This document shows positions 1 to 10,746 of a stretch of DNA of 64,000 nt, piece after piece. The notes below the pieces were generated by a model. That model was not told the origin of the DNA, made no database searches, and saw only the letters and a program-made list of their open reading frames with translations. The DNA comes from Hydrolagus colliei (Eukaryota). A program made the position numbers and the translations under genes. Location: NCBI GenBank assembly GCA_035084275.1, contig CM068757.1, positions 6,386,001-6,450,000 on the forward strand. Direction: 5' to 3'. Each line of letters opens with the position of its first letter. The first letter of the stretch is position 1.

Positions 1-1037
1 CAGCGCGATAAGTGCAACAGCCCACTACCTCCCATGGTGCCAGTAACCTATTACTGTATGTGTCTACAAGTGGGTTGATCCCTCAGCCCACCCCCAACTA
101 TCTAGTATTCACATCACTGACAAGTACAAGAGCTCAGAGATCCTCGGAGCTCAGAAAAGCTGCCAATGATTCGGGAATAAAGCTCCAATTTATAATTTCC
201 AAGGAACCGTGCGTTCAGAGTTAGTTGATTGTAACTTCACTGAAAATGCGTCTCAGCGTAAATGGGGCAAATGATCAGAAACTGATGAAATCTCAGGGCT
301 GCTTTCATTCCTTACAATGTATTTGTGGAATCTAAATGCAAGAGCGTTCCTGCCGACGGTGACTTTGCCTCATGTTAATATGTGGACAGCAGCTGATGAT
401 GTGGACCCTCCCAGAGCGAAGTGTTGGTTAAGAGGAGCGTAAATGCTTGCAAACCGCTAAGTATTTAGCGAAGCAAATGAAAACACCATAGAGCATACCA
501 ATTAGAGATTACTTGCAAAGTAGGAATTTCTCAACTCAGCAAATTGCAACAGTTAGATGGAAACTATTTCACTTTGGTGTGGTTAATTGTTTCCAGCTGA
601 GGATGAATCTGTTTGTTGCAATGCGAGAAGAAAATGCTCCATTATGACAACACCTTTTGAAAGGAAGGCAACTTTACGATAAGGTTAGCAGAGATTCTAA
701 TGGCTCCAATTACTCGTGGGTCTCCCGACTCAAGCTCCCAACTCGCTGATCAGCATCAGACGAATGTACATATTTATAATTTAACTCTCATTGACTCATG
801 AAATTCACTGTACTTGCACAATCTCTAGAATCATTTTGGGGGAAATTATATACACAGTGCAATTCTGTTTTATTTTGTGAACTGAATGGATGTAATTATT
901 AAGTTGGTTGGAGAGACCCAGACGTTAATACGTTGAATGAAACAAATCAGTAGATCACTGCCAAACGCAACACTCAGCAATAACTTTGCAACAAGCAGCA
1001 AAAAAAGACTCTGTTTCTGTTCCAGAAACTGGCCACT

Positions 1038-1260
1038 TATAATAATCATCACATTTGATATTGCGCCATATCACGTACTCTAGACTTCTCAAAGCACTTC
1101 ATAGAATATACTGTAATGTGAATTGACTGTATATAAACTGTATATATATATATATATCTATGGGTGAAACTCGGCAGCCAATTGTGCACAGCAGTGTCCC
1201 ACAAACAGTCGTGGATTGAAGTGACCTATTCACTACTTTTTTTGAGGGATTATTACTATT
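1038..1260 (-). mobile_element. tRNA-derived SINE (dominant family), 3' portion
   Basis: Reverse complement of the family core (gactgtttgtgggacactgctgtgcacaattggctgcc) and tail, with an internal (TA)n expansion. Confidence 0.85.
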
Positions 1261-1475
1261 AATAATATATTATTACTAATATATACTAAAGTATTATAAT
1301 ATAATGTTAAAATAATATTATAATAATTGTTAGTAATATTTTATTACTAAAAAAAGAGCACCGTGCAAACAAAATGTTGGAAGCGAAAGTAGTGAGGCTT
1401 CACTTTCTGCCTATCAATCAGTATTGGTAACAAACAAGAACAGCATAGAGCAATGGGCAAGAGGCAGTGACTTAC

Positions 1476-1524
1476 TCTGGGGAAGATTCTGGAGTTAAGC
1501 TCGACATCTCTTCCGGTGTAGGTA
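1476..1524 (-). CDS. BRSK2: BRSK2 exon (~exon 15, 49 nt): (V)PTPEEMSSLTPESSP(E)
   Basis: atgcag acceptor, GA|gtaag donor, phase 1-2. Confidence 0.96.
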
Positions 1525-2068
1525 CTGCATGGAAGACAACAGAAAGACAAGTTTACACTCTACTTCAATCAAACACTCTTGTTCCTCAACAAAAGCTGCA
1601 AAAACTGTAATTAATCATATCTAACAAGCAGTTTAATACTGTACTTCAGTTCCTCTGATACCTGGTATCGATCTGCATTGCTCTTGATGTGCCAGAAAAT
1701 AGACAGAAGGAACTTCAGTAAAGAGAATGAAGCAACAGAACACGAGCAAAGAAATAGTCACCTTGTTCAAAAACTATGGATTTTTGTTTATGTTTTAATC
1801 CATTTTGATTCAACTGATGCAAGGGGAAACATATGGAACCTTGCCTGAGTCTGAATGATGGAGTTAATTTGGCCAGTCCAGATTTATTGGACTTTCAGGC
1901 AACTGACATGATGCAGTGCCGGGCCACACCTCTAACTCTTCATTACATTCGAAGCCATCAAATTCAGAACGATTACAATCAGAATACTGGAGTGATTATA
2001 AATGCTTTTGATAACTTCGTTTTAGTCCCAGTTATGAGAGATTGTTGAGAGGTTTGTTGAGCTTTGAG

Positions 2069-2072
<4 letters not shown>

Positions 2073-2111
<39 letters not shown>

Positions 2112-2118
2112 TGTGTGA
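2073..2118. repeat. (GT)n microsatellite
   Basis: Seen directly. Confidence 0.95.
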
Positions 2119-2720
2119 TCCTACCCTTCATGAGCGGCCATGCTATGTAAATGCAAGTTGTTTTTGACCTTCTCCCTCAAGGTTTAACACCTAGAAATTC
2201 ACTGAAGAAATGACAATGGATGTGTCTCATTAATCGAGACACAGCTCACCACCATCAAAACTCACCCATTCTGTTTTCTCCCCTCCCCAAGATGGACGAA
2301 CCCGCCCTTCCCCAGAGCGGTGGAGGGAGTGGGGGAGGGGTTCTAAATTTGGATGTTCTTTGAGACTTGGATTTCCAGGTTTCCCAGCTGGTAATCCAAT
2401 TGTCAAAATACTCGCAGGCTTAGAATTATACTGGTGACAATAAACATTTACACAGGACAGCGCAAGACACCAAAGCGTTGCCCCCAAACAGTGCTTCCGG
2501 AGAGTGGGAGACTATTTTAAGAGTTTCAGACAATGCGCACAGTTTGTGTTGTTATAAACTGTGCTGAACTAAAAGCCAAGAAAATCTTTCATGCCTACAG
2601 TGGCGCAAGAAATACAAGCCCACCTTACAGTGGAGCGGATGATTGAAGCGGTCCCGGTCTCCCCGAGTCATTGGAAGAAACAAAATCAGAATGTGCCGAA
2701 ATGTGGGGCACGGAACCTAC

Positions 2721-2928
2721 CCTGTAATTTCCTGCGATGAAACCGTGGCGATCCAAGAAAACTGTTCTTGATGGAATTCAGCCGCGTCCTCCATGGCATC
2801 CCTCCAATACTGGGACTGGACGGTGGTGTTGGGTTCGGAGTGCTTGCCGGACTCTCCTTGGGAGTGTGGACTGGTGTGCCCTTTGGGGTGGGGATGGGAC
2901 TTCCCCGTGGGGAAGGGTGAGGGGTCAC
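2721..2928 (-). CDS. BRSK2: BRSK2 exon (~exon 14, 208 nt): [69 protein letters not shown]
   Basis: tacag|GTG acceptor, CAG G|gtaggt donor, phase 0-1. Confidence 0.96.
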
Positions 2929-3330
2929 CTGTATTATGGGGATAGATTTGGTGCTTGGATCAGTACTGGGGATCAACCTGATAAGAGAAAGCGGGGTAGT
3001 CTGGATAGAAGGGACAGACAGTTGACAAGGAGCTGTGACTGTGGGCTGCTGACCCTGAGTGTTTTGAACAGGAAGGCTCTGGGGAGGTTTTGTTTCTGCC
3101 ATGACAGCGGGAAGAGGGTTGGATTTTGTGGTCTGCAAAGGCTTTTCTGCCAGTTTGCTTTTAGCAGGAAGAGTCTGCGTATTTAGGTTGGGTTGAAACC
3201 CTATCTTTGGTAGAAGCATGTTACTGGGTTTTGTTATGTTTCTGTTACAGTTAGGGTACACAGAAGCACGAGTTTTGGGAAAGAGGGTATGTTCAGGAGT
3301 CTGGGGAGGAACAAAAAACTTTCTGATAGG
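2929..3330 (-). CDS. BRSK2: Putative in-frame 5' extension of the Pro-rich exon via upstream acceptors (3330 or 3300), adding 134 or 124 aa
   Basis: 402 nt without a stop, in frame with exon 14, starting right after gtgtag| ([10 protein letters not shown]...). A second phase-0 acceptor is ttttttgttcctccccag|ACT. Confidence 0.6.
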
Positions 3331-3371
3331 CTACACGACAGACAGCGTCATGCACGTGGTTAAAGGAGAAG

Positions 3372-3375
<4 letters not shown>

Positions 3376-3407
<32 letters not shown>

Positions 3408-3414
3408 CAAGACA
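3376..3414. repeat. (GACA)n microsatellite
   Basis: Seen directly; forms a pyrimidine-rich tract on the transcribed strand upstream of the extended exon. Confidence 0.9.
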
Positions 3415-3795
3415 GAGCATGGAACATAGACACAAATCAGGAAGATGGGAGTGCAGAAAACAAAAAAAAACGTGCTGTTAGGCGGTAGGCAAAGTGTCAT
3501 AACAAATTAAAGTGAGCATAAATTCTGTCAAATACATCTGCATTCAAAATCATAAGACTTTATGCCAGCAAATTAATGGGAAGGGAAGCAGCACATTGTA
3601 ATTAATGCGTTTCGTGAACTAACAGCGGCACAGAGCAAAACACGTAGCCAAAGTGGCAATAATTGTAACTCAAAAGTTAAAGGGTCAAAACAGAGCTAGC
3701 AGTTTAGAGCATTTAGAGGTTAAAAAAAATCATAAAGCCATCGAGAAGCAAGACAATCAAAACTCTAATGTGGGGAACTGTTCAGTTTTACTTAC

Positions 3796-3856
3796 CCTTG
3801 GACTGCTTAAGGGGCTGGTTGAGAGACCCGAAGAAGCTCCACTTATTGATCTGGAC
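3796..3856 (-). CDS. BRSK2: BRSK2 exon (~exon 13, 61 nt): SRSISGASSGLSTSPLSSPR
   Basis: atgcag acceptor, AGG|gtaag donor, phase 2-0. Confidence 0.97.
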
Positions 3857-4917
3857 CTGCATAAAGGATGGATATCGGAATCAATTTATTTATTTTACAT
3901 TAAAACAAAACGCAAGCTCGGTGAAAATGGTCAAGTTCACAGGCTCCCAAATAAAATGCCACTTGATCCTATAATCTTGCAAATTTCCTTCGATCCTCAG
4001 TGTTTTGTTTGATTTGAGAGAAGAAGGGGGTACTTGCAAAATCATAGCAGTGTTCTGTCTTAAATGAAAAATGAACCTGCATTTCTCTGCGTGCTACTCT
4101 CCCACTTTTCTGTGCTCCGTGAATTACTGTGTTTAGACAAGGGGATCATTCTGTAATGAGTGAAAGTACAAGGTAGTGGCACATTTAGTGCAAAAGATAA
4201 AACTCTGCCAAGTCTGTCTTCTTAAAGCTGCAGATCATTGTTTGGATTGTCAGGCAACAATTATCTGTTCTTTTACATACTGCAAGCCCAGCGGGGTCTG
4301 AAATAGGCACCGACTCAGAAAAGATTCACTCTGCAATAAAATTGACGTACAGATTTGCTGAATGCAGTTCCTGAAAGTATTCCAGTATCGTTTCATCACC
4401 ATAACATAAAGGTTAACCACAATCATCACCATCCGAAGAGACAGAAGTAAGAGATTAAGAATCGTACACATGCAGATATACCAAGCAATTAAAAAAAAAA
4501 CACCTGTTACATTATCCAAGGGAACACCAATGAATGGTTTAAGGAAACCACGGGAACGCCATGCATAGATTTAAAGGGAGGAAAACAGCATAGATCAGGC
4601 CATCAATACAGTTGGTGAAGGGCTTCTCAACGTGTGCAAAGTCCAGGCTTCAAAACAAAAGAACAGAAAGTGGGGAAGGTGAATACTACCCAAGCCAGAG
4701 GTTAGTCAACACTGTGGACATAGTGTGCAATTCCAACAGTACATAAGCAGCTCAACAGAAGAAAGTTTGCCATTCATATTATGGGGCAGAAACCTCTAGT
4801 GGGTGGGAAGGGGGAAGAAGAAAAGATATCTTAGCTATTCCGACAACCATGTGCAGTAAGGGCATCTAATGCAGCTACCCACAGTGAGGGAGAAATCATG
4901 TGAAACACTTTTACTAC

Positions 4918-4983
4918 CTTTCTTCTTTGTTGATTTTGGGATTGGCATCTGTGATATCCAAGCTTTTACTGAACATACTTTTA
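4918..4983 (-). CDS. BRSK2: BRSK2 alternative cassette exon (66 nt): (S)KSMFSKSLDITDANPKINKEE(R)
   Basis: Polypyrimidine tract plus ctgtag acceptor, AG|gtagta donor, phase 2-2 (frame-preserving). Matches the recalled mammalian isoform insert SKAMFSKSLDIAEAHPQFSKEDR. Confidence 0.9.
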
Positions 4984-5410
4984 CTACAGTAGGGACAGAG
5001 TAAAACAAAAAAAGAACAAAATTACATTGGTAAATTATTAAAGCAAGGGGCTAGGTTAGAACTCGAATATATAGTTGAGAAAAGAAAACTTTGCTGGGAG
5101 CTAGCAGCACCAGAATAAGTATGTCAAAGCACAATATTATAATGCATCTCTCCACCCACGTTAGTGAGACACAAGACACATTTCATCTATTGGCGGTTGT
5201 GTCCAACATATCAGGATAAGAGCAAAAAAGATAGGTGAACATGGAGTTAAGACTGAACAGGAAATAATATCTGGAGGGATCACTTTTGTTCAAAGTGCTC
5301 CAAATAGAAGAAAATCGTATCCAGAAATCAACTTTTCCTCGGAGTGAGAATCTTTTGTTGATGAACGCTGCCAACAACCTCCTGCCTCCTGGCCCGGCCA
5401 CTCAGGTGAC

Positions 5411-5652
5411 ATAATAATAATACTCCTTGTATTTGATATAGCACCTCATCAAGTCATTGAGACGTCTCAAAGGGCTTCAAATAATGATGGCAGAGTCCCA
5501 CAAACAGTCGTGAATTGAGTGACCAAATTATTATTCGTAATTTTTTGACCCACTGGAAAACGATCTGCCAATCGACTAACAACTGGGATCCTACTTACGA
5601 CGAGGTAAACAGAGGCATTTAGACTAAAGAAAATTGCCTAAAGTTTCGCCCC
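5411..5652 (-). mobile_element. SINE, variant with an extra ~60-bp internal segment
   Basis: Family tail and core plus segment 5553-5612, which is shared with 45415-45474. Confidence 0.75.
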
Positions 5653-6475
5653 CATTATGAAGAGAGGTCCCAAAATAGGTCCAATAGGTTTACTGAGGAC
5701 TAACGCTAGAGCCAAACCAGGAAAGGATCAGTATAAAACAGCCTCCCAGAGAAACTCAGAACTGTTGCTCCCACTAGATTCATGGCAACATTTCCAGCTT
5801 CTCTCCAGTGTTAACAGTTCAGCCTGGAGTAGGAGGAAATGGACTCCAAGGAGAATCGTTAAGCAAGAAGTTCTCACATCCGACCAAGTTTTTTATGGGG
5901 CTATGATTTTCTTCTCTTGCTAGAGGGAATGTTTAGAACAAAAAGGGTACTTTGCTCCAGAGTTTTTTTCCCCCCCCTCTAACCAGTCTGAGCACTTGAA
6001 AGATGATATTCGTCAAAAAGGATTATAATTTGGAGACACATTTATTACTAACATTACTCATGCTCAATATAATTACTTTGAAGACGCAAATTGATTTGAG
6101 TTACAAAATGAGACTTCCCACTTTATTACACCACCTGGTGGAATTTTATGTGACACTTTGCAGCTCAAATCACAAGCAATCCTCCTGGGACTTCCAGGCA
6201 AGCTCAGGTCTAGCCTCTCGAGAACAACAACAACAACAAAATTACATGTATAGAGTGCCTTTCACGTCACTGAACTGCACAATGTTAAATGTTTGCCATA
6301 TTCTTCTATGCAACGGCCCGAAGCTCAGAGCGGGAGTAGAGGGAAGCACCGAGTTTGGGCTCCCAAAGTGCCCTGGAACCGTCGATGTTCTTCGAGCGTT
6401 GACGAAATAACCGCAACCTCCTCAGTGGTCCATCTCCAGCATCAAACACTCCCCTGAGATCAAGCCCCTCTGTTA

Positions 6476-6694
<219 letters not shown>

Positions 6695-7443
6695 TTAAAA
6701 AAACTGCATATTAAAAATCTTCATCACGTCATTTCTTTTCCGCACATATTAGATCGCCTGACTAAGACATTTTATCTGCTTAGATATAAACTAGACTGGC
6801 ATACTGAACAGTCTGCTTGTAAAACTGGCGCGCTAGACAATTCCATTACAGCATTCGAATAAATCAAAGAGGATATTCAGCAATACAACTACTGTATAGA
6901 CTAGCACATCTTAAATTACCATTAACAGTTTTGTAAACTTTAATCAGGTTCGTCTTTTACAATCAAACATTTAAACAATCAAATCAAGACAAGCCCATAT
7001 AACTGCTTACTCAAAATGTAGCTCTTAAGCTGTGGTGTCTACAAACTACAGCTAAAAATGAAGTGCTAATTCTCATTTAATCATGGAACATTTCAACCCG
7101 AAGAAGGCCGGCAGACGATACTAAATAAAAACACATTTTACACAAAGTGATTTAGGTTCTAATGCATGCCGATGCGTGTCCAGCAAAAGTGGCAATGCAT
7201 TAATCGCAATTTGCAATTTGAGCGTTAAAAAAATAGGCCAGTAATTGTAGATTATAATTGACTAGGAATTGATTGGCTGTTCGTAATTCCAGGGCGGGAT
7301 CAGGTATGAGTTTACCTTGAGTTGACTGTAAAGAGCTCTATAAATACAAAGATGCCAATGTGCTTATACCTTACGCACACTATCTTCACTAAGTCTATTC
7401 AGCGAGCTTTACTAAAACTATCACAGAGCTCTGGCACTCTTAC

Positions 7444-7541
7444 CTATGTCAACTCGAGGGGGTAGATCTTCATCTTCATGACTTGGATACCGCTCTTTCC
7501 GATCAAGAAGAAGGAAATAGATCATTTTTTCTTGATTTTCT
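7444..7541 (-). CDS. BRSK2: BRSK2 exon (~exon 11, 98 nt): [32 protein letters not shown](D)
   Basis: ttccag acceptor, G|gtaag donor, phase 2-1; end of the UBA domain. Confidence 0.97.
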
Positions 7542-7829
7542 CTGGAAATCAGAAAAAATGTTGGTTCACGGCGCACGTATATCTGGTGTAGACATTACCT
7601 GACACCACAAAATTTGGATTAAAAAATGCTCCCCCGAGAGACCGGAGAGATCTGACAGCAAGAAATAAAGATGCAAATGCTCCTTTCAAAATACATAAAT
7701 AGTACAAGTTTGTGAGATTAATCACACCGGAGCAAATCTGCTGGGTGACACTGTAAAGTGTGATTGTGTTTATTGTATATCCAGGCTTCTATATCCTATT
7801 AGTTAAGCTTGAAATTTTCAAACATTAAT

Positions 7830-7935
7830 GCTTCAGGAAGTATTTCTTCACACAGAAGGTATTCAAAAGCTGAAACAGGTTATCAATAAAGGCTTGGATA
7901 CTGAATCATTTAAGAACGGCTGAATGTCATCATGG
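7830..7935 (+). mobile_element. Degenerate CR1 fragment
   Basis: aggaagtatttcttcacacagaaggt (RKYFFTQKV) motif. Confidence 0.5.
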
Positions 7936-8710
7936 TAAAACGGTAGAATTGATATTCTGAAAGGAACGGATCATTCGAACCATTTGCGATCTTTGCTTCA
8001 GAACAGAGGGAATTTGGGCAAAAACGTGTCATGGCAGTGAGGGGGTTGGCGGGGGGGGGAGGGGGCAGGAGGAAAGATAAAAACTGCGGGAATAAGGGAG
8101 TGTAAACAACACCTTATGTTTAAACTAATCAGGTTTCACATTTCCAGTGGGTGTGAATCATTCCCTCAATTTGTTTCCTCTCTGAACTCTCTTTGCTCAG
8201 TTTAACTGGAACATCTCAATTGTGTGGTGAAGAGGGTGGAGGATAATCGCTGCACACACTCCATGAAGGTGCACGGTGAGAGGAGCTGAGTACGCCTGGT
8301 CACAATGCCACCGGCGCTCGGATCACTTTATTATTCTATCCTCAATTTGCCACATTTAGGCTTTAGATTAAAAAAAACATGTTTAATTTGAGTGATGGAA
8401 CAGAAATGGATTGATGAAGGTTGAACTGCGCAGGCTGATGAATCTTAAGCAATGGAGTAATGTGCCGTGAATCAGCAAACAGAGGACACAAGAGCTCGTG
8501 GCCACGGTGATAATTGCACTGTGATGATAAATGTGGGATGTGTGGGACTCTCAGCTCGCACACCTAGATTGTCTCGCATTTATTGAAAGAAACTGAAAGC
8601 ATAAAATGAAAGTAAAACATTTCCAGAATTAAACGATACGGGTGAAATGCTTTTTCTTTTAATGCCTGTGTCCCCGTGCTCACAGGAGAGGGGAGAGACT
8701 AATAATACAA

Positions 8711-8716
<6 letters not shown>

Positions 8717-8746
<30 letters not shown>

Positions 8747-8950
8747 GTCCTTGCATTTGATACAGTGCTTTTCATGTCATCTAGACGTCTCAAAGCACTT
8801 CACAGAATATACTGTAAAGTGAATTAGTTTTTCCCCCAAGGATTATTATTAATTGTGCGGTGTAAGGAAACTTGCCCAAAGTTTTGCCCTGCCTGGATTT
8901 GAACCCAGGTCTCCTGCTTGCAAGGCGAGTGCTCTTAACCACTGAGCGAC
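8717..8950 (-). mobile_element. tRNA-derived SINE with internal deletion
   Basis: Head (A/B boxes) and (TTA)n tail are present; the central core is missing. Confidence 0.85.
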
Positions 8951-9609
8951 TGTCAGAACTCAATTCATTATTAACCGTTTTACAGAAGTACATTAACTGA
9001 GACTCAACCAACGTTTCCTTTGCTTGCAGCTAGAGAGCAGTGACCGCTGTGTGCGATACGCTGATGATAATGAACTGAGAGCAGTTAACTCATGAGATCA
9101 GGGACTGAATCATGAGATCAGGGACATTCATGATTTGTAGAAAGTGACAAGTGAATATCTCTATCTGCACAATCTCCACCATGCCTGTGCAATCATTAAC
9201 AGGTGACAAGCACAGAGTAAAATATTCTCATTGACATCACCCCCAAGTACAAATACTTTTTTTTGCACACAGTTTATGTCAGTCTATGAAGTGATGCACT
9301 GTTGTCAAGTTTGTATCAATTAATCATTGCACAGCCTGGTAAATATTTTGACCTCCTTTTTTTAAAAAGAAAACCTGTACCACCTTCATACAATAAAAGC
9401 TGCTTTGACTAGTTTCTGTCTTACACCATCGCGGGATTCCGTGGATCAAAGCAGCAAGTCTACAATTGTAGACTGGGGCTTTCACTGGCACAGACCTATT
9501 TGACTAATACTCCTCTAATACTCCTCACATTGTGTCGTACGATGTGCCAAAATATCATCCTCTCTATTAAGGCATCAGCATTGTTTTTATTGAACTATGC
9601 TACCTTTAT

Positions 9610-9662
9610 TCCCTCCCTCCCTCCCTCCCTCCCTCCCTCCCTCCCTCCCTCCCTCCCTCCCT
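9610..9662. repeat. (CCCT)n microsatellite
   Basis: Seen directly. Confidence 0.95.
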
Positions 9663-10164
9663 TTCCCGCTGGTAACACTGGAAGCTCCTCAGACCACCAC
9701 AATAAGCAATTGCCACTTCATTTATTACCTCTTCACAACATAGTCAAGCTTCACCATCCCCTGTGGAGTTCAGCACGTCTCACACCAATCAATTGCGTGC
9801 TGCTGACCGAGCATCGGAGAGTGGAATACTATTGATGATGGATCATGCTTATTGGATGATATAAATGGAAAAGGAAAGCAGTGCAAGAATACTCTTTAAC
9901 AAAGAGGGGAATAAGGCCAGTCACAGGTTTGGTATCTCTATTCTCCATTCAATGGGCGCCAGAGGAAGTGTGGAACAGGTAGGGTTAGCTTCGAATACAA
10001 AGTGGATGGCGTCACATCGTAATAAAGTAATTATAATCCTCGCGCTTGACAAACTTTACAGAGGTTGTCGTAAAGTCAGTGACTGTCTCTGAAGGTGATC
10101 ACAACAGCCAATTTGCCCAAAACAATGTCTCGCGTACAGTGAATGATCAATATTTGCATCTGGG

Positions 10165-10227
10165 AGACTTAAATAAAATGTGAAAGCGCTACATATCAAA
10201 TGCAAGGATGATTATTATTATTATTAT
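10165..10227 (+). mobile_element. SINE 3' tail fragment
   Basis: tgtgaaagcgctacatatcaaatgcaaggatgattattatt. Confidence 0.7.
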
Positions 10228-10234
10228 GACCATG

Positions 10235-10480
10235 ACAACAGGAGAAACAAGGATCTTGTTTTGAAAGCCATAGGATCTTTAATATCCACCTCAACTGGCA
10301 GGCGGAATCCTGGACAAATGGCCTTGACTAATGAAGGACTGAGTACCCAATAATGCAACACTCTTCCAGCACTATATTAGAGGGTTGTTGTTGTCTTAGA
10401 CCATGAGCTAACGTGTGATTTAAAGTCGCAGCCTTTTGGATACAGAGGTGGGAGGACTACCAAATGAGCCAGGCTGACAT
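10235..10480 (-). mobile_element. Old DeuSINE (SacSINE1-like) fragment
   Basis: Reverse complement begins tgtcagcctggctcatttggtag... and contains aggtggatattaaagatcctatggc, which resembles the Deu domain (recalled consensus). Confidence 0.6.
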
Positions 10481-10581
10481 TGGGAAGTGGCACACGATTA
10501 ATGAATGATGAGCAGTGTTGATGTGATAGTACTCAGCTGGTAACACAAGTGGAAAAATCAACAAAGTGATCAAAGACTTAC

Positions 10582-10746
10582 TCGTCTGATACCAAATCCT
10601 GCATGAGTTTGTTCTTATCTCGGAAACATCCTAGCGAGTGCATGCTGTCTAGCACATCGGGATCGATGTCCTCCAGTGACGGAAGTGAACGGATTTGGAC
10701 TTTCCTGGGCACAGGCTGCTCTGGTTCCGGTTCGTTCTTACCCCCT
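10582..10746 (-). CDS. BRSK2: BRSK2 exon (~exon 10, 165 nt): [54 protein letters not shown](E), start of the UBA domain
   Basis: ttgcag acceptor, GA|gtaag donor, phase 2-2. Confidence 0.97.

Noticed and set aside
2629-2658. 30-nt frame-preserving micro-exon candidate (DRDRFNHPLH)
   Set aside because: It has a weak GAG acceptor and only a 62-nt upstream intron.
2737-3481. Plus-strand ORFs antisense to exon 14
   Set aside because: They are shadows of the coding strand and the microsatellite, with no independent gene signals.
4310-4435. Possible C/D-box snoRNA (GUGAUGA...CUGA on the minus strand)
   Set aside because: There is no convincing terminal stem and no recognisable rRNA guide.
6306-6470. 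CpG-rich stretch and ORF just downstream of exon 12 as a possible extra exon
   Set aside because: The implied intron is only ~55 nt and the required phase hits TGA immediately.
8040-8066. G-rich runs as potential G-quadruplexes (also ~50480-50505)
   Set aside because: Low-complexity runs are common throughout the window and nothing supports function.
9090-9126. 20-bp-period direct duplication (tcatgagatcagggac)
   Set aside because: Only two copies; an ordinary local duplication, not an array. No CRISPR-like structure was seen anywhere in the window.
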